Origin: Negaprion brevirostris
Taxonomy: Eukaryota
DNA length: 64,000 nt
Assembly: GCA_030324005.1 (NCBI GenBank)
Contig: JARDVH010000084.1
Location: forward strand, 92,135,057-92,199,056
Direction of reading: 5' to 3'
Shown: one piece after another, positions 63,581 through 64,000 of the stretch
How positions within the stretch are numbered: position 1 is the stretch's first letter
Layout of the letters: every line of letters starts with the position of its first letter
The notes under the pieces: model-generated
Database searches by the model: none
The model's input: only the letters and a program-made list of their open reading frames with translations
What the model was told of the DNA's origin: nothing
Translations under genes and position numbers: made by a program

Positions 63581-64000
63581 TACCTTCAGACAGAGGGAGA
63601 GACTCTCTTTTCCAAATGACTTTTATTTTCCTCTATTTTCTTGTTTGGCAAAACCACTTCTTAAACTTCTTGTCTGCATATTCCAAAAAAGAATTTGATT
63701 AACATGTCGTGCAGCCACCGTTGTTGAATTTTTGATCTTTCATCTCAGAAACAGAAAACAACTGGTGACGAGGTTATTTCATCCTCTACAGCTGTTTTGA
63801 ATGTCTGTGTTCTGTTATCTGGCTGGTTAGAAGTTCCCACTGATCTGTCAGAATTAAAGTGCAGCAATTTGCATTTGAATGCCTTCTTTTCACGAGTGAA
63901 TCTTAACACTCCCAAGTGTGGAACTTCACAAGCAGCGTAGCAAGCCACATTACTGTGAGTGTATTACAGACTCCCAAAAAGTCAGCAGGAAATAGAGAAG

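Larger units (their letters stand above)
59500..63960 (-). pseudogene. P5: disabled IgV-TM-microexon-RNF213-like copy (5' end at window edge)
   Basis: V remnant ACEVPH...KLLHFNSDRSVGTSNQPDNRTQTFKTAVEDEITS (63745-63948); TM-sized exon 62022-61906 (tgcag|...|gtgagg); 27-nt microexon 61448-61422 DRDEMNRIP; exon C remnant KSPLLHSWGCS*PYTEL (cf. RNF213 DEPLFRSWFSLLPLSHL, recalled) at ~59830-59880. Confidence 0.65.

Noticed and set aside
1-64000. CRISPR array or prokaryotic system
   Set aside because: Eukaryotic, intron- and retroelement-rich DNA with no regularly spaced repeat-spacer array or operon-like ORFs.

Overview
Vertebrate genomic DNA, very probably a shark (inferred from HE1-type SINEs, HER1/CR1-type LINEs and shark-type Penelope-like palindromes), from a draft assembly with many N gaps. 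I find no intact protein-coding gene, RNA gene or CRISPR array. Much of the window is retroelement debris. Hand translation of the non-repeat DNA shows five ancient, mutually diverged, disabled copies of one gene type: P1 ~11.8-1.6 kb (-), P2 ~34.9-24.3 kb (-), P4 ~38.9-42.4 kb (+), P3 ~56.6-44.9 kb (-) and P5 ~64.0-59.5 kb (-). The shared exon order is leader, butyrophilin/B7-like IgV (plus a C-type Ig exon in P4), transmembrane exon, 27/30-nt phase-1 microexons, then large exons. Remnant translations of the large exons match the N-terminal CBM20-like and helical arm of the pathogen-sensing E3 ligase RNF213 (WDTIN, VNRxL, GIYY, RxFGxV), with no AAA+ or E3 part visible. This suggests an apparently undescribed family of membrane-anchored Ig/RNF213-arm receptors. 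The RNF213 comparison uses my recollection of that protein and needs a database check. Other oddities are a ~1.3 kb coding-like insert inside a LINE, recurrent C/A-skewed tracts, weak CpG depletion and a palindrome whose arms changed in concert.
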